DNA of 64,000 nt from Cyanobacteria bacterium P01_A01_bin.123 (GTDB lineage: Bacteria > Cyanobacteriota > Cyanobacteriia > Phormidesmidales > Phormidesmidaceae). The stretch is taken from the NCBI GenBank assembly GCA_039815185.1, contig JBCBZT010000004.1, positions 96,001 to 160,000 on the forward strand, read 5' to 3'. Positions 29,919-40,224 of the stretch are shown here, piece by piece. A program made the position numbers and the translations under genes. The notes beneath the pieces were generated by a model. It made no database searches, was not told where the DNA came from, and worked only from the letters and a program-made list of their open reading frames with translations. Numbering within the stretch: position 1 is the first letter of the stretch; the number at the start of each line of letters is the position of its first letter.

Positions 29919-30139
29919 AACATCCCTGAAAAGTTTGTGAAAACAAACAACGCCTGATATGAGCGCTATCTGAAATTAGTATTCTTATCCTTCCCACCTT
30001 ATCTTAATAAACCGTAATCCAAATACAGTGGTTTTTCGGAAACGTCAGTGAAATTACAGGTAGGGTTTTTCCGTATACGGCGTGCAATCACACTGACCTT
30101 ATGGCTCGGTTTAAGCTGGACGTGATGCAAATGAACGAC

Positions 30140-31279
30140 TTATGGGGTTGCTGTCTGTCGCTGCTTCAACACTTCAATGATGTCTCCGTTGGCCTTGGGA
30201 AAGGGAAACTGGTCAATTTCATCCAGCGTTACCCAGCGGATTTCGTCGCACTCGATGGGTTGGGGGTCGCCGCTAATGTGCTGGCACAGGTGGACGTTGA
30301 GGGTGACTTTGAAGTGGGTATAGGCATGGTTGACCACGATTAGGCGATCGCCCACGGCAATCTCAATCCCCAATTCTTCTTTAATTTCTCGCTGAATGCA
30401 GGCTTCGATCGTTTCGCCCGGTTCTACCTTGCCCCCCGGAAATTCCCACAGGCCACCGAGTAAACCTTCTTGACGGCGGCGATCGATCAAAATTTGGCCG
30501 TCTTGGCCCTGAATCACGGCAACGCCAATTATTTTGTGGGGCAGTGGCCCTCGACTTTCAGACATGGGAAGTTCCGATTGCAAATTTTGAGCGTGGGCTT
30601 GGCAGTGGGGCCGCCACGGGCAGCGATCGCAGGCGGGATTTCGTCGAGTGCATACCGTTGCCCCTAAATCCATCAGCGCTTGGTTGAAGTCCCGAGCCTG
30701 TTTGGGATCTATCAGTTGTTCTGATAAAGCCCAAAGCTCAGGCAATGTCCGACTAGGGGGCTTAGGCAGGGCTGCCAGACGCGACAATACCCGCTTTACA
30801 TTACCATCCAAGATGGGCAACGGTTGGTTAAATGCAGCACTGAGAATGCCGCCAGCGGTGGTGCGGCCAATGCCGGGGAGCGCGATCGCGGCTGCAAAAG
30901 TCTGGGGAAATTGGCCGTTATGTTCAGTCGCGATCGCTTGCGCGGCACGATGCAGGTTGCGGGCTCGGGCATAGTAGCCCAACCCTTCCCAAGCTTTGAG
31001 CACGGTCTGTTGATCGGCAGCGGCGAGCATCTCAACGGTTGGGAACGTGGCTAACCAGCGTTTGTAATAGGGGATGACCGTTTTTACCTGGGTTTGTTGC
31101 AACATGATCTCTGAGATCCAGATGGCGTAGGGATCACCACGACGCCGCCAGGGTAGATCACGTCCTACCTCGCTGTACCAAGCTAGTAGGGTTTGCCTCA
31201 AGGTTTGCACAATAAAACTCGGCAAGAGCAATACTCCAGCCGAGTCTGTGGATTTCAATTTATTCAAAGAATCACTCAC
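30140..31279 (-). CDS. mutY: A/G-specific adenine glycosylase with C-terminal Nudix domain
   Basis: WISEIMLQQTQV, GLGYYARARNL, HhH LPGIGRTTAG, C-x6-C-x2-C-x5-C Fe-S motif, intact Nudix box. Confidence 0.95.
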   Translation of the reverse strand: MSDSLNKLKSTDSAGVLLLPSFIVQTLRQTLLAWYSEVGRDLPWRRRGDPYAIWISEIMLQQTQVKTVIPYYKRWLATFPTVEMLAAADQQTVLKAWEGLGYYARARNLHRAAQAIATEHNGQFPQTFAAAIALPGIGRTTAGGILSAAFNQPLPILDGNVKRVLSRLAALPKPPSRTLPELWALSEQLIDPKQARDFNQALMDLGATVCTRRNPACDRCPWRPHCQAHAQNLQSELPMSESRGPLPHKIIGVAVIQGQDGQILIDRRRQEGLLGGLWEFPGGKVEPGETIEACIQREIKEELGIEIAVGDRLIVVNHAYTHFKVTLNVHLCQHISGDPQPIECDEIRWVTLDEIDQFPFPKANGDIIEVLKQRQTATP

Positions 31280-31296
31280 ACTGCGGAAAGGAAGCC

Positions 31297-31656
31297 CTAC
31301 GCATTATCCTCTTGAGCATTGTCTAATGAGAAAATGTCCGTGTCAGCCAAACTTTGCTCAAAGGTCATGCGCTGCTCTGCACTACGCAAAAAGTAGCCAC
31401 TCATCATGGCAGACGCCAGCAGCTTTCCTAAGCTCTCGCGATTAGTCGTCACCGTGACGTCGAAGTGTTGGGAGGGCAATCCACCGAGTAAGCCCACAAC
31501 ATTTTGCTCCATCATTTGCAGCACATCACGGGAGACAGGCCGAGACAAATGGGCCACGGTTTCAGGTTCCATTGATTGAACGTACTGCAGCAGTTCATTG
31601 CCTTGTCCTGCAGACGACCCAAAAAAGTCTGGGGTTTGACCGGGTGCACTGTTCAC
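31297..31656 (-). CDS. DUF760 domain protein
   Basis: NELLQYVQSM and RESLGKLLASAMMSGYFLR motifs; GTG at 31656 is the likely start. Confidence 0.85.
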   Translation of the reverse strand: MNSAPGQTPDFFGSSAGQGNELLQYVQSMEPETVAHLSRPVSRDVLQMMEQNVVGLLGGLPSQHFDVTVTTNRESLGKLLASAMMSGYFLRSAEQRMTFEQSLADTDIFSLDNAQEDNA

Positions 31657-31895
31657 TTGGCTATACCTCGCTCGGGGAACAACAGATATGAAAGCGGTGC
31701 GGAAAAGTCTGATTAAGAAACTTTTCACGACTTGATGTTACTTTAACAACCCTAAGGGTTCCCTTGAGTGGGTAGAACCGAACTTGGTTATTGCAGGTTT
31801 ACGCATTATTGCGAGTCTGGGAAGGCGGGTATCGGGTTTGTAGGGCCAATGAGTGACTTTAATCGTTGCGCTAATCTGAATTGATCAGCTTTCCA

Positions 31896-32138
31896 TTACC
31901 AAGTGGGATCGACGTATAAATTAATGGTCATTTGCGATCGCCCCCCAGGCACCGCACTAATACAGGCGCAAATCGGGTCTTCCTCGTCGTCTACTTCGAC
32001 TTCGCAGGCATGACAAGAGCCCATCAAACAGCCTGTGGGAATCCTCACGCCAGCCCGCTCAGCTACCGCCAATAGGGGTTCCCCAGCTTCAGCTTGGATG
32101 GTGACATTATCGGGTAAGAAGCGGATTTCAACGGCCAT
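31896..32138 (-). CDS. Small 2Fe-2S ferredoxin-like protein
   Basis: IPTGCLMGSCHACEV...ICACI, ending DPTW. Confidence 0.88.
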   Translation of the reverse strand: MAVEIRFLPDNVTIQAEAGEPLLAVAERAGVRIPTGCLMGSCHACEVEVDDEEDPICACISAVPGGRSQMTINLYVDPTW

Positions 32139-32150
32139 GGTTTGACAAGA

Positions 32151-32432
32151 CTATTCAGGCTTTTCATCAGAACGAAGCATCGCCACCAGCGTATGGTGAG
32201 CATCCCCAGCGTCTTTCAACTGATGGTCAAAACTGATCCGGACGGGCTTTTCACTGCCATCTACTAGGGCCGTCAGATCCATCCCCTCAGCATCAATTGT
32301 GTTCATTGTCGCGGCTGTGGCAGCTTGCAACTCACCATAGCGCTGGGCATACACCAGTACCGAGTCAGCATGGTCTTTATTCATATGTTTGCAAATGCGA
32401 TCGCTAATGGCAGCAGTAATCGGTTCTGACAT
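32151..32432 (-). CDS. DUF2470 domain protein
   Basis: DRICKHMNKDH and IDAEGMDL motifs. Confidence 0.88.
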   Translation of the reverse strand: MSEPITAAISDRICKHMNKDHADSVLVYAQRYGELQAATAATMNTIDAEGMDLTALVDGSEKPVRISFDHQLKDAGDAHHTLVAMLRSDEKPE

Positions 32433-32506
32433 GGCACTCTATTTAAGCTACGTTTCATTCTGACGGTAGCGTAAAAGAGCAAGAAGTGAGGACAATCTCA
32501 AAGTGA

Positions 32507-32908
32507 GACGAAGTTACCAAGATTCACCTCCAGCTTGATCAATACAACTGGCCATCTGTTTATCTCGCTATTTTGATCGCGATTCCTGCTGTTTGCTGGC
32601 GAGATTTGGTTTGGCTTTGGCAAGACCACCACCCAATTTTGCTTTGGATCGTGGTCGGTATCAGCATTTTTGTGCTGGGTGGATTTGGGGCCGAAGCAAT
32701 CAAACAAGGTTTACATGAAGCGTTTAGCGCAGACACCACCAGTTCTGTGATAGACCAGCCCAGTAGACTGCTATTTTTGAGCGAACACATCAGAATTACC
32801 GTTGAGGAGCTTGCAGAGCTACTGAGTGAACCCCTTATATTGTTCGGCATAGCTCAATTTGCATTGGAAAGCCTCTCTTCTTCATCTGGCTCTGCCCTGT
32901 CCGTGTAA
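32507..32908 (+). pseudogene. 5'-truncated membrane protein fragment
   Basis: The frame opens right after TGA (32504-6) with DEVTKIH..., then TM helices and an EELAELL motif; no N-terminal half and no RBS/start. Confidence 0.45.
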
Positions 32909-32916
32909 GCAAAATG

Positions 32917-33273
32917 CTATTGATTGCCAGTTGCAGAGAGATCTTGACAGCCAACGGAAGATTTGACAGCATCCATTAGAGTTGCCCCGCAGAGATTAGC
33001 ATTTTTGAGGGTGACATCATTGAGTCTGGCATTGCGTAAGTTGGCGCCGCGCAGGTCAGCCCCTTCAAGGTTAACGGAAGTCAGATGCGCCCAACGGAGA
33101 TCGGCATTTCGTAAGTCTGCCCCACGGAGGTCAGCCTTGGTCAGCCTTGCTCCAAACAAATGGCAGTCGCCACAGCGTTTAGTTAAGCGCAGTTTCCATA
33201 GATTCAAGGTAATCGGGTCTGGCACTGCGACTGTAAGGAGTAACGTACCTAACAAAATGCGACCAAGCTTCAT
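32917..33273 (-). CDS. Pentapeptide repeat protein (secreted)
   Basis: Signal-like N-terminus, CGDC, A(D/N)LxG repeats. Confidence 0.8.
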   Translation of the reverse strand: MKLGRILLGTLLLTVAVPDPITLNLWKLRLTKRCGDCHLFGARLTKADLRGADLRNADLRWAHLTSVNLEGADLRGANLRNARLNDVTLKNANLCGATLMDAVKSSVGCQDLSATGNQ

Positions 33274-33380
33274 CGAGCAACCTTTCTCAGCAGTAGGCAT
33301 CAAGATACCAATATTGGATAGTTTAATTTTAGAGAGCCAGGTAAGCAATCAATGTCTTGGTTTTATGGAACTTCAATCCT

Positions 33381-33659
33381 TTATAAACATGTCCGACGGT
33401 ACCAATCCTCACCGTTTTGAATCGCCCATACCAGTAGGCGAACATTGACAATACCGATAATGATCAATGCGATCGCGTAGTAAACCTGACGCCTAAATCG
33501 CAGATTAAACACTCCATTGATTAGCATCGGCATCGAACCAATCACCAAACCCGGCCCCGCACACATCACCACCACAATCGCAACAATGAAATAAAGCGGA
33601 TTTTCAATTAGACTGCCCCATACACCTTCAATACCTTGGCAAAGCATCTGTAGATTCAA
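33381..33659 (-). CDS. Small hypothetical membrane protein
   Basis: 92 aa with two hydrophobic segments; overlaps the upstream Uma2 stop. Confidence 0.45.
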   Translation of the reverse strand: MNLQMLCQGIEGVWGSLIENPLYFIVAIVVVMCAGPGLVIGSMPMLINGVFNLRFRRQVYYAIALIIIGIVNVRLLVWAIQNGEDWYRRTCL

Positions 33660-34228
33660 CCCTGATTTCCAAACGAAACTGCTTCATAAAGCAGTCCAAT
33701 CGGGAACTCAAACCCGATGCTTTCTAATTTGATGATGTCTCCAGCCTGATAGGGATAGTAAAGCCACAAACGCCCTTCACCCCGACGATAAATCTCAACA
33801 TTCACCTGGGTTGAGCTAATTAACATATACTCCTCTAGACTCGGCAACGTCCGATATTCCTTAAACTTGTCACCCCGATCTAACGCTTCTGTCCCCTTGG
33901 AGAGAACTTCAACAACCAGCTTTGGAGATTGGATTGCGTTGAGGGCAGTCAGATCACGCTCGTCACAGCTCACAACCAAATCGGGGTAACGGTAAACCGT
34001 GGGGGTAACACTCACCTTGGCATCGGCAATATTGATGCGGCACCCCTGAGCCCGAACCTGTGGACGTAAGGCAGTTAGCAAGTTGATAGCAATATCGTTG
34101 TGAGGCAGCGTGCCCCCTGTCATCGCCAGGACTTCACCATCGACGTATTCAAAGCGAAATTCCTGGCAGGGTTCCCACGCCAGATAAGCATCAACGGTCA
34201 TCTTTTGGGGTTGAGGGGTAGCAATCAT
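33656..34228 (-). CDS. Uma2 family (DUF820) endonuclease
   Basis: EYVDGEVLAMTGG..H, YPDLVVSC, VEVLS..T..DRGDKF and EYMLI motifs. Confidence 0.92.
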   Translation of the reverse strand: MIATPQPQKMTVDAYLAWEPCQEFRFEYVDGEVLAMTGGTLPHNDIAINLLTALRPQVRAQGCRINIADAKVSVTPTVYRYPDLVVSCDERDLTALNAIQSPKLVVEVLSKGTEALDRGDKFKEYRTLPSLEEYMLISSTQVNVEIYRRGEGRLWLYYPYQAGDIIKLESIGFEFPIGLLYEAVSFGNQG

Positions 34229-34256
34229 GGACTCAGAATCTGGCGATGGTCAAGGC

Positions 34257-34855
34257 TTAATCCAGAATTAGAAGCTGACTCAGGTCAATCTCAATGTCGG
34301 GAAATATATCAACTGATACATTAGCAGTTGAATCAAAAATCTGTTCTGACCCATAGACATTGTTCTGGGGATGACGGTAAACGATCACTTGGCTTCCCTT
34401 CAAATCAACTACCCAGTATTCGGGAATCCCGGCTTTGGCGTACATTGGGGCCTTATATTTGCGATCGCGTGCAAGGTAGAGTCTGCGACCTCGATGATTA
34501 GATAAATATCTTCAGGTTCAGGATGGCGATCGCGGTAACGATTAGCTTCAATCTGCACAATGGCACAATCAGGCTCCGGCTCAGAATCGGGAGTCAGCGT
34601 TACCGGAAGCTGCACTCTGACCTTGGCTCTGCCCGCAAACAACGCCTTTAAGTAATCGCCCCCCTCATCTGTTGTAGCCGCATGGGGTGGTTCTTGGGGA
34701 ACCATTTCAATAATTTGCCCGTTGATTAGTTCTACTGGTGTATCCGGAGTCAAAATACCGAGTGCAAGCATCTGATGATAGTCATCAGTTGTCCAACGTT
34801 TCACGGGAAAATCTATTTGAGAAGCTGGAGATGACTCTGAAGCCGTACCTACCAT
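34257..34855 (-). pseudogene. Uma2 family endonuclease, frameshifted
   Basis: ORFs 34855-34409 and 34445-34257 join as ...IEVADSTL/x/RDRKYKAPMYAKAGIPEYWVVD if one base is restored near 34471. Confidence 0.85.
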
Positions 34856-34895
34856 TGCTTATCCTCGGCAGTAAACCCATTTCCATTCTAAAATC

Positions 34896-35219
34896 TCAAG
34901 CTCGCTTGGCCTTAAACAGAGAACTATCACCCCCATGAAACTTGATACGCCCTTCCAATTGATCCGTTGACTTTAAAGTTAACCACCCGCTGCCAGAGGC
35001 TTCATCGCACTCATCATTGCCTCCCCAAGTAAACTCAAACCGCTCAGTGCCACTATCGTTGACGATTTCCCCATCCAGGCCGCCAGCCACTAGGCCAAAT
35101 TGAAACTACCCGGTTCCCCTCTCCCCCACAGTGATATAAGCCTGTACCTCCATGTTGAAATAACTCTCATCCCACATTTCCATGTCATAAATGTGCCAGT
35201 TGCCCTCAAGTGCCATCAT
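34896..35219 (-). pseudogene. Small conserved beta-rich hypothetical protein with an in-frame stop
   Basis: RBS AGAGGA, then MMALEGNWHIYDMEMWDESYFNMEVQAYITVGERGTG*FQFGLVAGGLDG...; single TAG at 35108-35106. Confidence 0.8.
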
Positions 35220-35371
35220 TGAATATTCCTCTGGTTCTGCAGCATTTATAAAAGAAACGATAGGCTATCGGTTGTGCTCTATTGCAAATTGACAAGTCAG
35301 CGCTGACTCATTTTGCAAGTGATATGTATGGCAAAACCTCTCTAGAGGAGAATTTTGCCTCAGCCTCAATC

Positions 35372-36265
35372 ATGACTCAACCCACGATGTCCAGTCCCTC
35401 ATCTCCTAGCTTTGTTCACATTCCTGTCTTACCGGAAGCGGTGATTCAAGGATTGGCCATTCAGGCAGGGGGAGACTACCTCGATGTCACGGTAGGGGGT
35501 GGGGGTCACAGTCGTTTGATTTTAGAGGCTGATCCCTCCGCCAAACTATTGGCCATTGATCAAGATCCAAGCGCGATCGCGGCTGCCAAATCTACCCTGG
35601 CTTCCTTTAGCGATCGCGTTGAGTTTTGGCATGGCAACTTTGGCGACTTTTCCCCCGGCGAGCGCCGCTTCGATGGTATTGTGGCTGATTTGGGGGTAAG
35701 TTCTGCTCAGTTTGATGTAGCCGAACGGGGGTTTAGCTTTCGGCTAGAAGCGCCCCTGGATATGCGGATGAATCCGCAGCAGGCACTCTCTGCTGCCGAT
35801 GTTGTTAACCACTGGGACGAAACCGACTTGGCTAATGCCATTTATCAGTACGGTGAAGAACGGCTGTCTCGCCGCATTGCCCGCAAGATTGTCGATCAGC
35901 GCCCCTTTCAAACCACGACTGCACTGGCCGACGCGATCGCCAGCTGCGTACCCAAAAAATATCGTTACGGCAGAATTCACCCCGCCACCCGTACCTTCCA
36001 AGCCCTGAGGATTGCAGTCAACCGTGAGCTTGATGTGCTTGAAACTCTCCTTGATCGAGCGCCCCATTGGCTTAAGCCAGGGGGACGCTTGGTGATCATT
36101 AGCTTCCACAGTCTTGAAGATCGCCTGGTGAAGCACGGGTTTCGCAACCATCCTCAGCTCAAAATTATGACCAAGAAGCCCGTTATTGCCTCAGAGACAG
36201 AAGTGGACAGCAATCCGCGATCGCGTTCGGCTAAGTTGAGAGTGGCAGAGCGAGTCGTCATTTAA
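35372..36265 (+). CDS. rsmH: 16S rRNA m4C1402 methyltransferase
   Basis: [39 protein letters not shown] and [10 protein letters not shown] motifs. Confidence 0.97.
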   Translation: MTQPTMSSPSSPSFVHIPVLPEAVIQGLAIQAGGDYLDVTVGGGGHSRLILEADPSAKLLAIDQDPSAIAAAKSTLASFSDRVEFWHGNFGDFSPGERRFDGIVADLGVSSAQFDVAERGFSFRLEAPLDMRMNPQQALSAADVVNHWDETDLANAIYQYGEERLSRRIARKIVDQRPFQTTTALADAIASCVPKKYRYGRIHPATRTFQALRIAVNRELDVLETLLDRAPHWLKPGGRLVIISFHSLEDRLVKHGFRNHPQLKIMTKKPVIASETEVDSNPRSRSAKLRVAERVVI

Positions 36266-37164
36266 TGCAGCCTTTTCATCTTTTACTTGCCCTGATGACC
36301 ACAGCCCTTTGGGGCTTTACCTTCGTGGTAATCAAAGTTGGGCTCGAGGAATTCCCGCCCCTGTTATTTGCGGCGTTACGATTTATGGTGGTGGCTTTTC
36401 CGGCGGTGTTTTTTGTCAGCCGTCGCGGTATCCCCTGGCGATGGATTGTGGCCGTGGGGTTGGCCATGGGGGTCGTGCAGTTTAGCTTGCTCTATTTAGG
36501 CATGTACAACGGCATGCCTGCTGGGTTGTCTTCCCTGGTGTTGCAGTCCCAGGCAATATTTACGCTGCTATTGTCCACCATCGTTTTAGGAGATGCCCCA
36601 ACGCGACGGCAAATGGCGGGCATGGGGTTGAGTGTGGGTGGCATCGGCGCGATCGCGTTTCAAAGTTTTAGTGAGGCCCGGTTCTTTGGATTATTGCTGG
36701 TGTTGGGGGCAAGCTTGGCTTGGGCCACAGGCAATATCTGCGTCAAAGTGGCCAATGTGGATGGTTTTCGGCTGTTTGTTTGGATGGGATTAATTCCGCC
36801 GCTGCCGCTACTGGCGCTATCATTCCAGTTTGAGACCCATCAGTGGGCTGCGTTGACGAGTTTAAATGGTTGGGGACTCGGGGCTTTACTCTACACCGGG
36901 TTAATTTCATCGGTGCTGTGCTTTGGCATTTGGGGCTTTTTGATGCAGCGTTACTCCCCCAATCGGGTAGCCCCATTTTCGCTACTGGTGCCGATTTTTG
37001 GACTGGGCTTTTCGGCATTGCTGTTGGGCGATCGCTTAGGTCCTGCCGAAATCATCGGGGCGTTGCTCGTGTTTATGGGATTGGGATTAATTGTGACTGC
37101 TAAAAAGGACGCAGCCCGTGCCAAACACACCATTCGATCAATTCGCTTATTACCTCGTCGTTGA
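36265..37164 (+). CDS. EamA family (O-acetylserine/cysteine exporter-like) transporter
   Basis: 10-TM DMT pattern; LWGFTFVVIK, PPLLFAALRF and VAPFSLLVPIFG motifs. Confidence 0.88.
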   Translation: MQPFHLLLALMTTALWGFTFVVIKVGLEEFPPLLFAALRFMVVAFPAVFFVSRRGIPWRWIVAVGLAMGVVQFSLLYLGMYNGMPAGLSSLVLQSQAIFTLLLSTIVLGDAPTRRQMAGMGLSVGGIGAIAFQSFSEARFFGLLLVLGASLAWATGNICVKVANVDGFRLFVWMGLIPPLPLLALSFQFETHQWAALTSLNGWGLGALLYTGLISSVLCFGIWGFLMQRYSPNRVAPFSLLVPIFGLGFSALLLGDRLGPAEIIGALLVFMGLGLIVTAKKDAARAKHTIRSIRLLPRR

Positions 37165-37705
37165 TCTCGAAGCCACCTGTTGCGATCAAAAGCAGATACC
37201 GCGCAAACAAATGGAGATTATTGAAATCGGGGCGGTAATGGTGGCGTCGATTCACCTAGCTGTGGTAGATGAGTTCCAGATGTTTGTTAAGCCTGTCCGT
37301 CATCCCATATTGACTGAGTTTTGCACGCAACTGACCACCATTACTCAAGCTGAGGTGAACCAGGCACCGGGCTTTAAAGAAGCGATCGCGGCCTTTAGCG
37401 ATTGGTTGACGGGTTATGAAAATTGTTTATTTTGTTCTTGGGGCGATTTTGATCGCAATCAGTTTAAACAAGACTGTAAATTTCACGCCGTACCGTTTCC
37501 GGTTCAAAACCATTTCAATCTGAAAAAAGCATTTCTTCGGACGCAAGGCTTGAAACAGCGACGAGGCATGGCGCAGGCGCTGGAGCTAGCTGGAATTCCC
37601 CTCGTCGGCACTCACCATCGCGGCATTGACGACGCCCGTAATATTGCTAAGTTGCTGCCCCATGGATTGGGGCGCAAACGGTTGCAAAGAAGTGAGATGG
37701 GTTAA
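37118..37705 (+). CDS. DEDDh 3'-5' exonuclease (ERI1/KapD-like)
   Basis: VVDLEATC, EIIEIGAV, SWGDFD and HHRGIDDARN motifs. Confidence 0.9.
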   Translation: MPNTPFDQFAYYLVVDLEATCCDQKQIPRKQMEIIEIGAVMVASIHLAVVDEFQMFVKPVRHPILTEFCTQLTTITQAEVNQAPGFKEAIAAFSDWLTGYENCLFCSWGDFDRNQFKQDCKFHAVPFPVQNHFNLKKAFLRTQGLKQRRGMAQALELAGIPLVGTHHRGIDDARNIAKLLPHGLGRKRLQRSEMG

Positions 37706-37712
37706 TGGGTTC

Positions 37713-37745
37713 AGATCCCTGGGTTCTCTAAGAACCCAGGGATCT
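37713..37745. repeat. Perfect 15-bp hairpin between convergent genes (dispersed repeat / bidirectional terminator)
   Basis: AGATCCCTGGGTTCT-CTA-AGAACCCAGGGATCT. Confidence 0.75.
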
Positions 37746-37747
37746 TG

Positions 37748-39424
37748 TTAATCAGTAAATGTGCGATCGCTGACTGTTGCAACCCCGCTCGCATTTTGGA
37801 ACAGCTTCTCCAAGGCAATGCCTTGCGCTTCCGGCATTTGCCCGTAGGTGAAGCAGTAGGGAACAGTGGCTGGCAACTGTGGCAAAACGCGATCGCGCAC
37901 ATAAGGACTACCATAAATCACAACCCCTTGGAGGGTATTGGATTTAAGCAAAGTCTCCAACCAGGCTTGGGCTAACTGGCTCACATGCGCTGTGCCGCGA
38001 AAGGGGTTGCCGCGAATAAAGAGTTGCAGTAGGGTCGGTATCGGTTCAAGGGCATCCTGAACAGGCATTGGGCTACGGCAATCGGCGATGTGCAGTGTGT
38101 AACCGAGTTGCTTTGGGAGGGCGATCGCAGGGGCTGTGCGTCCCAAAAATCGGCAGTCTAAAATCTCGTCGGTGACGATCAAATTTCTGCCAAAACTACT
38201 GGGATGACTAGACACAGTTTGAATCGTGCCGCGCTGCTGTTGCGCCTCGCGCAAGATAGTAGCTGCAGTTTGTCGGACCTGAGGCTGGGCTAGTTGATCG
38301 AGTTGAATGGCTGGGGGCGGGGTGTGCTCCCAAGCATGGGAGTGGTTCAGACTGGTGGAGTAGGGCGACGTTACTTTCAGTTTGGCCCGCCAGATCCGCT
38401 CTAGGGATGCTTGGATACGCGCTGAAGAAAGGCGGCCAATGGTCACGGCTTCGGCAATCGCCTGGATGGTACCTTCTGGGTCGGCGGGCATCAAGACGAT
38501 ATCGGCACCGGCTTCGACAGCAAGAACAGCGGCTTCGTAGGGGCCGTAAGCTTCGGCGATCGCGCCCATAATCATCGCATCGGTCACGATTAACCCGTCA
38601 AAACCTAGGTCACGACGTAACAGACCCGTGAGAATAGGGGGCGACAGGGTAGCAGGTAAAGCTTTGTCTAGGGCAGGTAGGTTTAAGTGGGCTGTCATCA
38701 CCGCGTCTACCCCGGTCGCGATCGCTGCTTCAAAGGGGGGTAACTCCACAGTCTGGAGCCGCTTCAAATCATGGGAGAGGGTGGGCAACATTAGATGGGA
38801 ATCTATGGCTGTATCGCCGTGCCCCGGAAAATGCTTGGCGGCGGTGAGTACGGGATGGCGCTGGGCACCGCGAATAAACGCACTACCCAGAGCACTGACA
38901 ATCTTTGGCGCATCGCTAAAGGCACGCACGTTGATCACTGGGTTAGCTGGGTTGTTATTGACATCCATCACCGGGGCCAAAATCCAGTTCAAGCCAATCG
39001 CCAGTGCTTCTTGGGCAGTGGCGGCTCCCATGGCTTCGGCTAGGGCGATCGCGCGGGGCAGATCCTGCTGGGCAATTTGTCCCAAAGCCATCGGCGGCGG
39101 GAACCAGGTGGCTCCGCTAAAGCGCTGCCCCACCCCTTCTTCAATATCAGCAGCTATCAGTAGGGGAATGGTCGATTGGGATTGAAACTGCTGCGATCGC
39201 AACCCCACCTCTGCGGCACTTCCGCCCAACAAAATTACGCCGCCAACGCCCAAAGTTTCAAGGCAATGGGTCATAGCCTCATCATCGGCTTCCCAAGCTG
39301 GGTATTGAATTTCGTGGTCAAACAGGTGCCCTGTGGTGCGTACCACTATCATTTGCGCCACCTGAGCCTCTAAACTCAAGTGCTCAATATCGGGCAGCAC
39401 GGGGTGAACGGTTCCAAAACCCAA
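37748..39424 (-). CDS. Glycoside hydrolase family 3 (beta-N-acetylglucosaminidase NagZ-like)
   Basis: ADIEEG, AKHFPGHGDT..DSH, VMTAH and IVTDAM motifs. Confidence 0.9.
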   Translation of the reverse strand: MGFGTVHPVLPDIEHLSLEAQVAQMIVVRTTGHLFDHEIQYPAWEADDEAMTHCLETLGVGGVILLGGSAAEVGLRSQQFQSQSTIPLLIAADIEEGVGQRFSGATWFPPPMALGQIAQQDLPRAIALAEAMGAATAQEALAIGLNWILAPVMDVNNNPANPVINVRAFSDAPKIVSALGSAFIRGAQRHPVLTAAKHFPGHGDTAIDSHLMLPTLSHDLKRLQTVELPPFEAAIATGVDAVMTAHLNLPALDKALPATLSPPILTGLLRRDLGFDGLIVTDAMIMGAIAEAYGPYEAAVLAVEAGADIVLMPADPEGTIQAIAEAVTIGRLSSARIQASLERIWRAKLKVTSPYSTSLNHSHAWEHTPPPAIQLDQLAQPQVRQTAATILREAQQQRGTIQTVSSHPSSFGRNLIVTDEILDCRFLGRTAPAIALPKQLGYTLHIADCRSPMPVQDALEPIPTLLQLFIRGNPFRGTAHVSQLAQAWLETLLKSNTLQGVVIYGSPYVRDRVLPQLPATVPYCFTYGQMPEAQGIALEKLFQNASGVATVSDRTFTD

Positions 39425-39429
39425 CGGCT

Positions 39430-39882
39430 TTAGTCCTCATCGAGGAAATCGCCTGTTGCGTCCTCAACAGCCCAGCTTTCAGGATCGTCGTTATCCCAAC
39501 TATCATTATCGTCTTGGGGCTTTTGATCACGCTCGTGGCTTAACTGATTGAGTAACGTCAACACCTGTGCCCCCCGCTCAAAGGAGCGATCTTCTCGAAA
39601 GATGACTTCTGGGGTGCGGCGTAACCGCACTCGCTGGCCTAACTCACTGCGGACATAGCCCGTGGCAGCCTTGAGCCCTGCCATGGTTTCAGCTCGGGCA
39701 TCTTCGGTGCCGTAGATGCTGACAAAAATTTTGGCGTGTTGTAAATCGCCTGATACAGCCACATCTGTGACGCTAACCATGCCAGCGCCAATTCGATCAT
39801 CCTTGATGCTGCTCATCAGCATTTGACTCACTTCCCGCTTAATTAGGGCGGCGACGCGGGCGACCCTCCGACTTGTTGCCAT
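39430..39882 (-). CDS. rbfA: Ribosome-binding factor A
   Basis: [22 protein letters not shown] and LRRTPEVIF motifs. Confidence 0.97.
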   Translation of the reverse strand: MATSRRVARVAALIKREVSQMLMSSIKDDRIGAGMVSVTDVAVSGDLQHAKIFVSIYGTEDARAETMAGLKAATGYVRSELGQRVRLRRTPEVIFREDRSFERGAQVLTLLNQLSHERDQKPQDDNDSWDNDDPESWAVEDATGDFLDED

Positions 39883-40020
39883 GGCTCAATACTCCTTACT
39901 TGCATCAGTGAAATCTAAAGTCACCGATTTCAATTCGTTAGGGTCTGCTGAGGTAATCCCTAAACCTGCTCCCGATCTTTCCTAATGTCCCAAACCTGAA
40001 GGGCAGCGTCATAGCTAGCG

Positions 40021-40224
40021 TCAGACGGCGTCCAACCCCAACATGGCGCGGAGGGTAAACGTTAAGAAAATAAAGCCCGCGATCACGGCCCCGGCCAACG
40101 CGATCGCCGTTGTGGGACGTTTCAATAAAGGCACCAGCGGCTCAATAGCGTTGAAGAAAATCCCCAAAGAAAAAGAAATCAGATAGCGGGGATAACGAGC
40201 GACGTTATTAAAAAATTCCTGCAT
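40021..40224 (-). CDS. DUF751 family protein
   Basis: FFNNVARYPRY and FTLRAMLG motifs; usual neighbour of rbfA in cyanobacteria. Confidence 0.88.
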   Translation of the reverse strand: MQEFFNNVARYPRYLISFSLGIFFNAIEPLVPLLKRPTTAIALAGAVIAGFIFLTFTLRAMLGLDAV

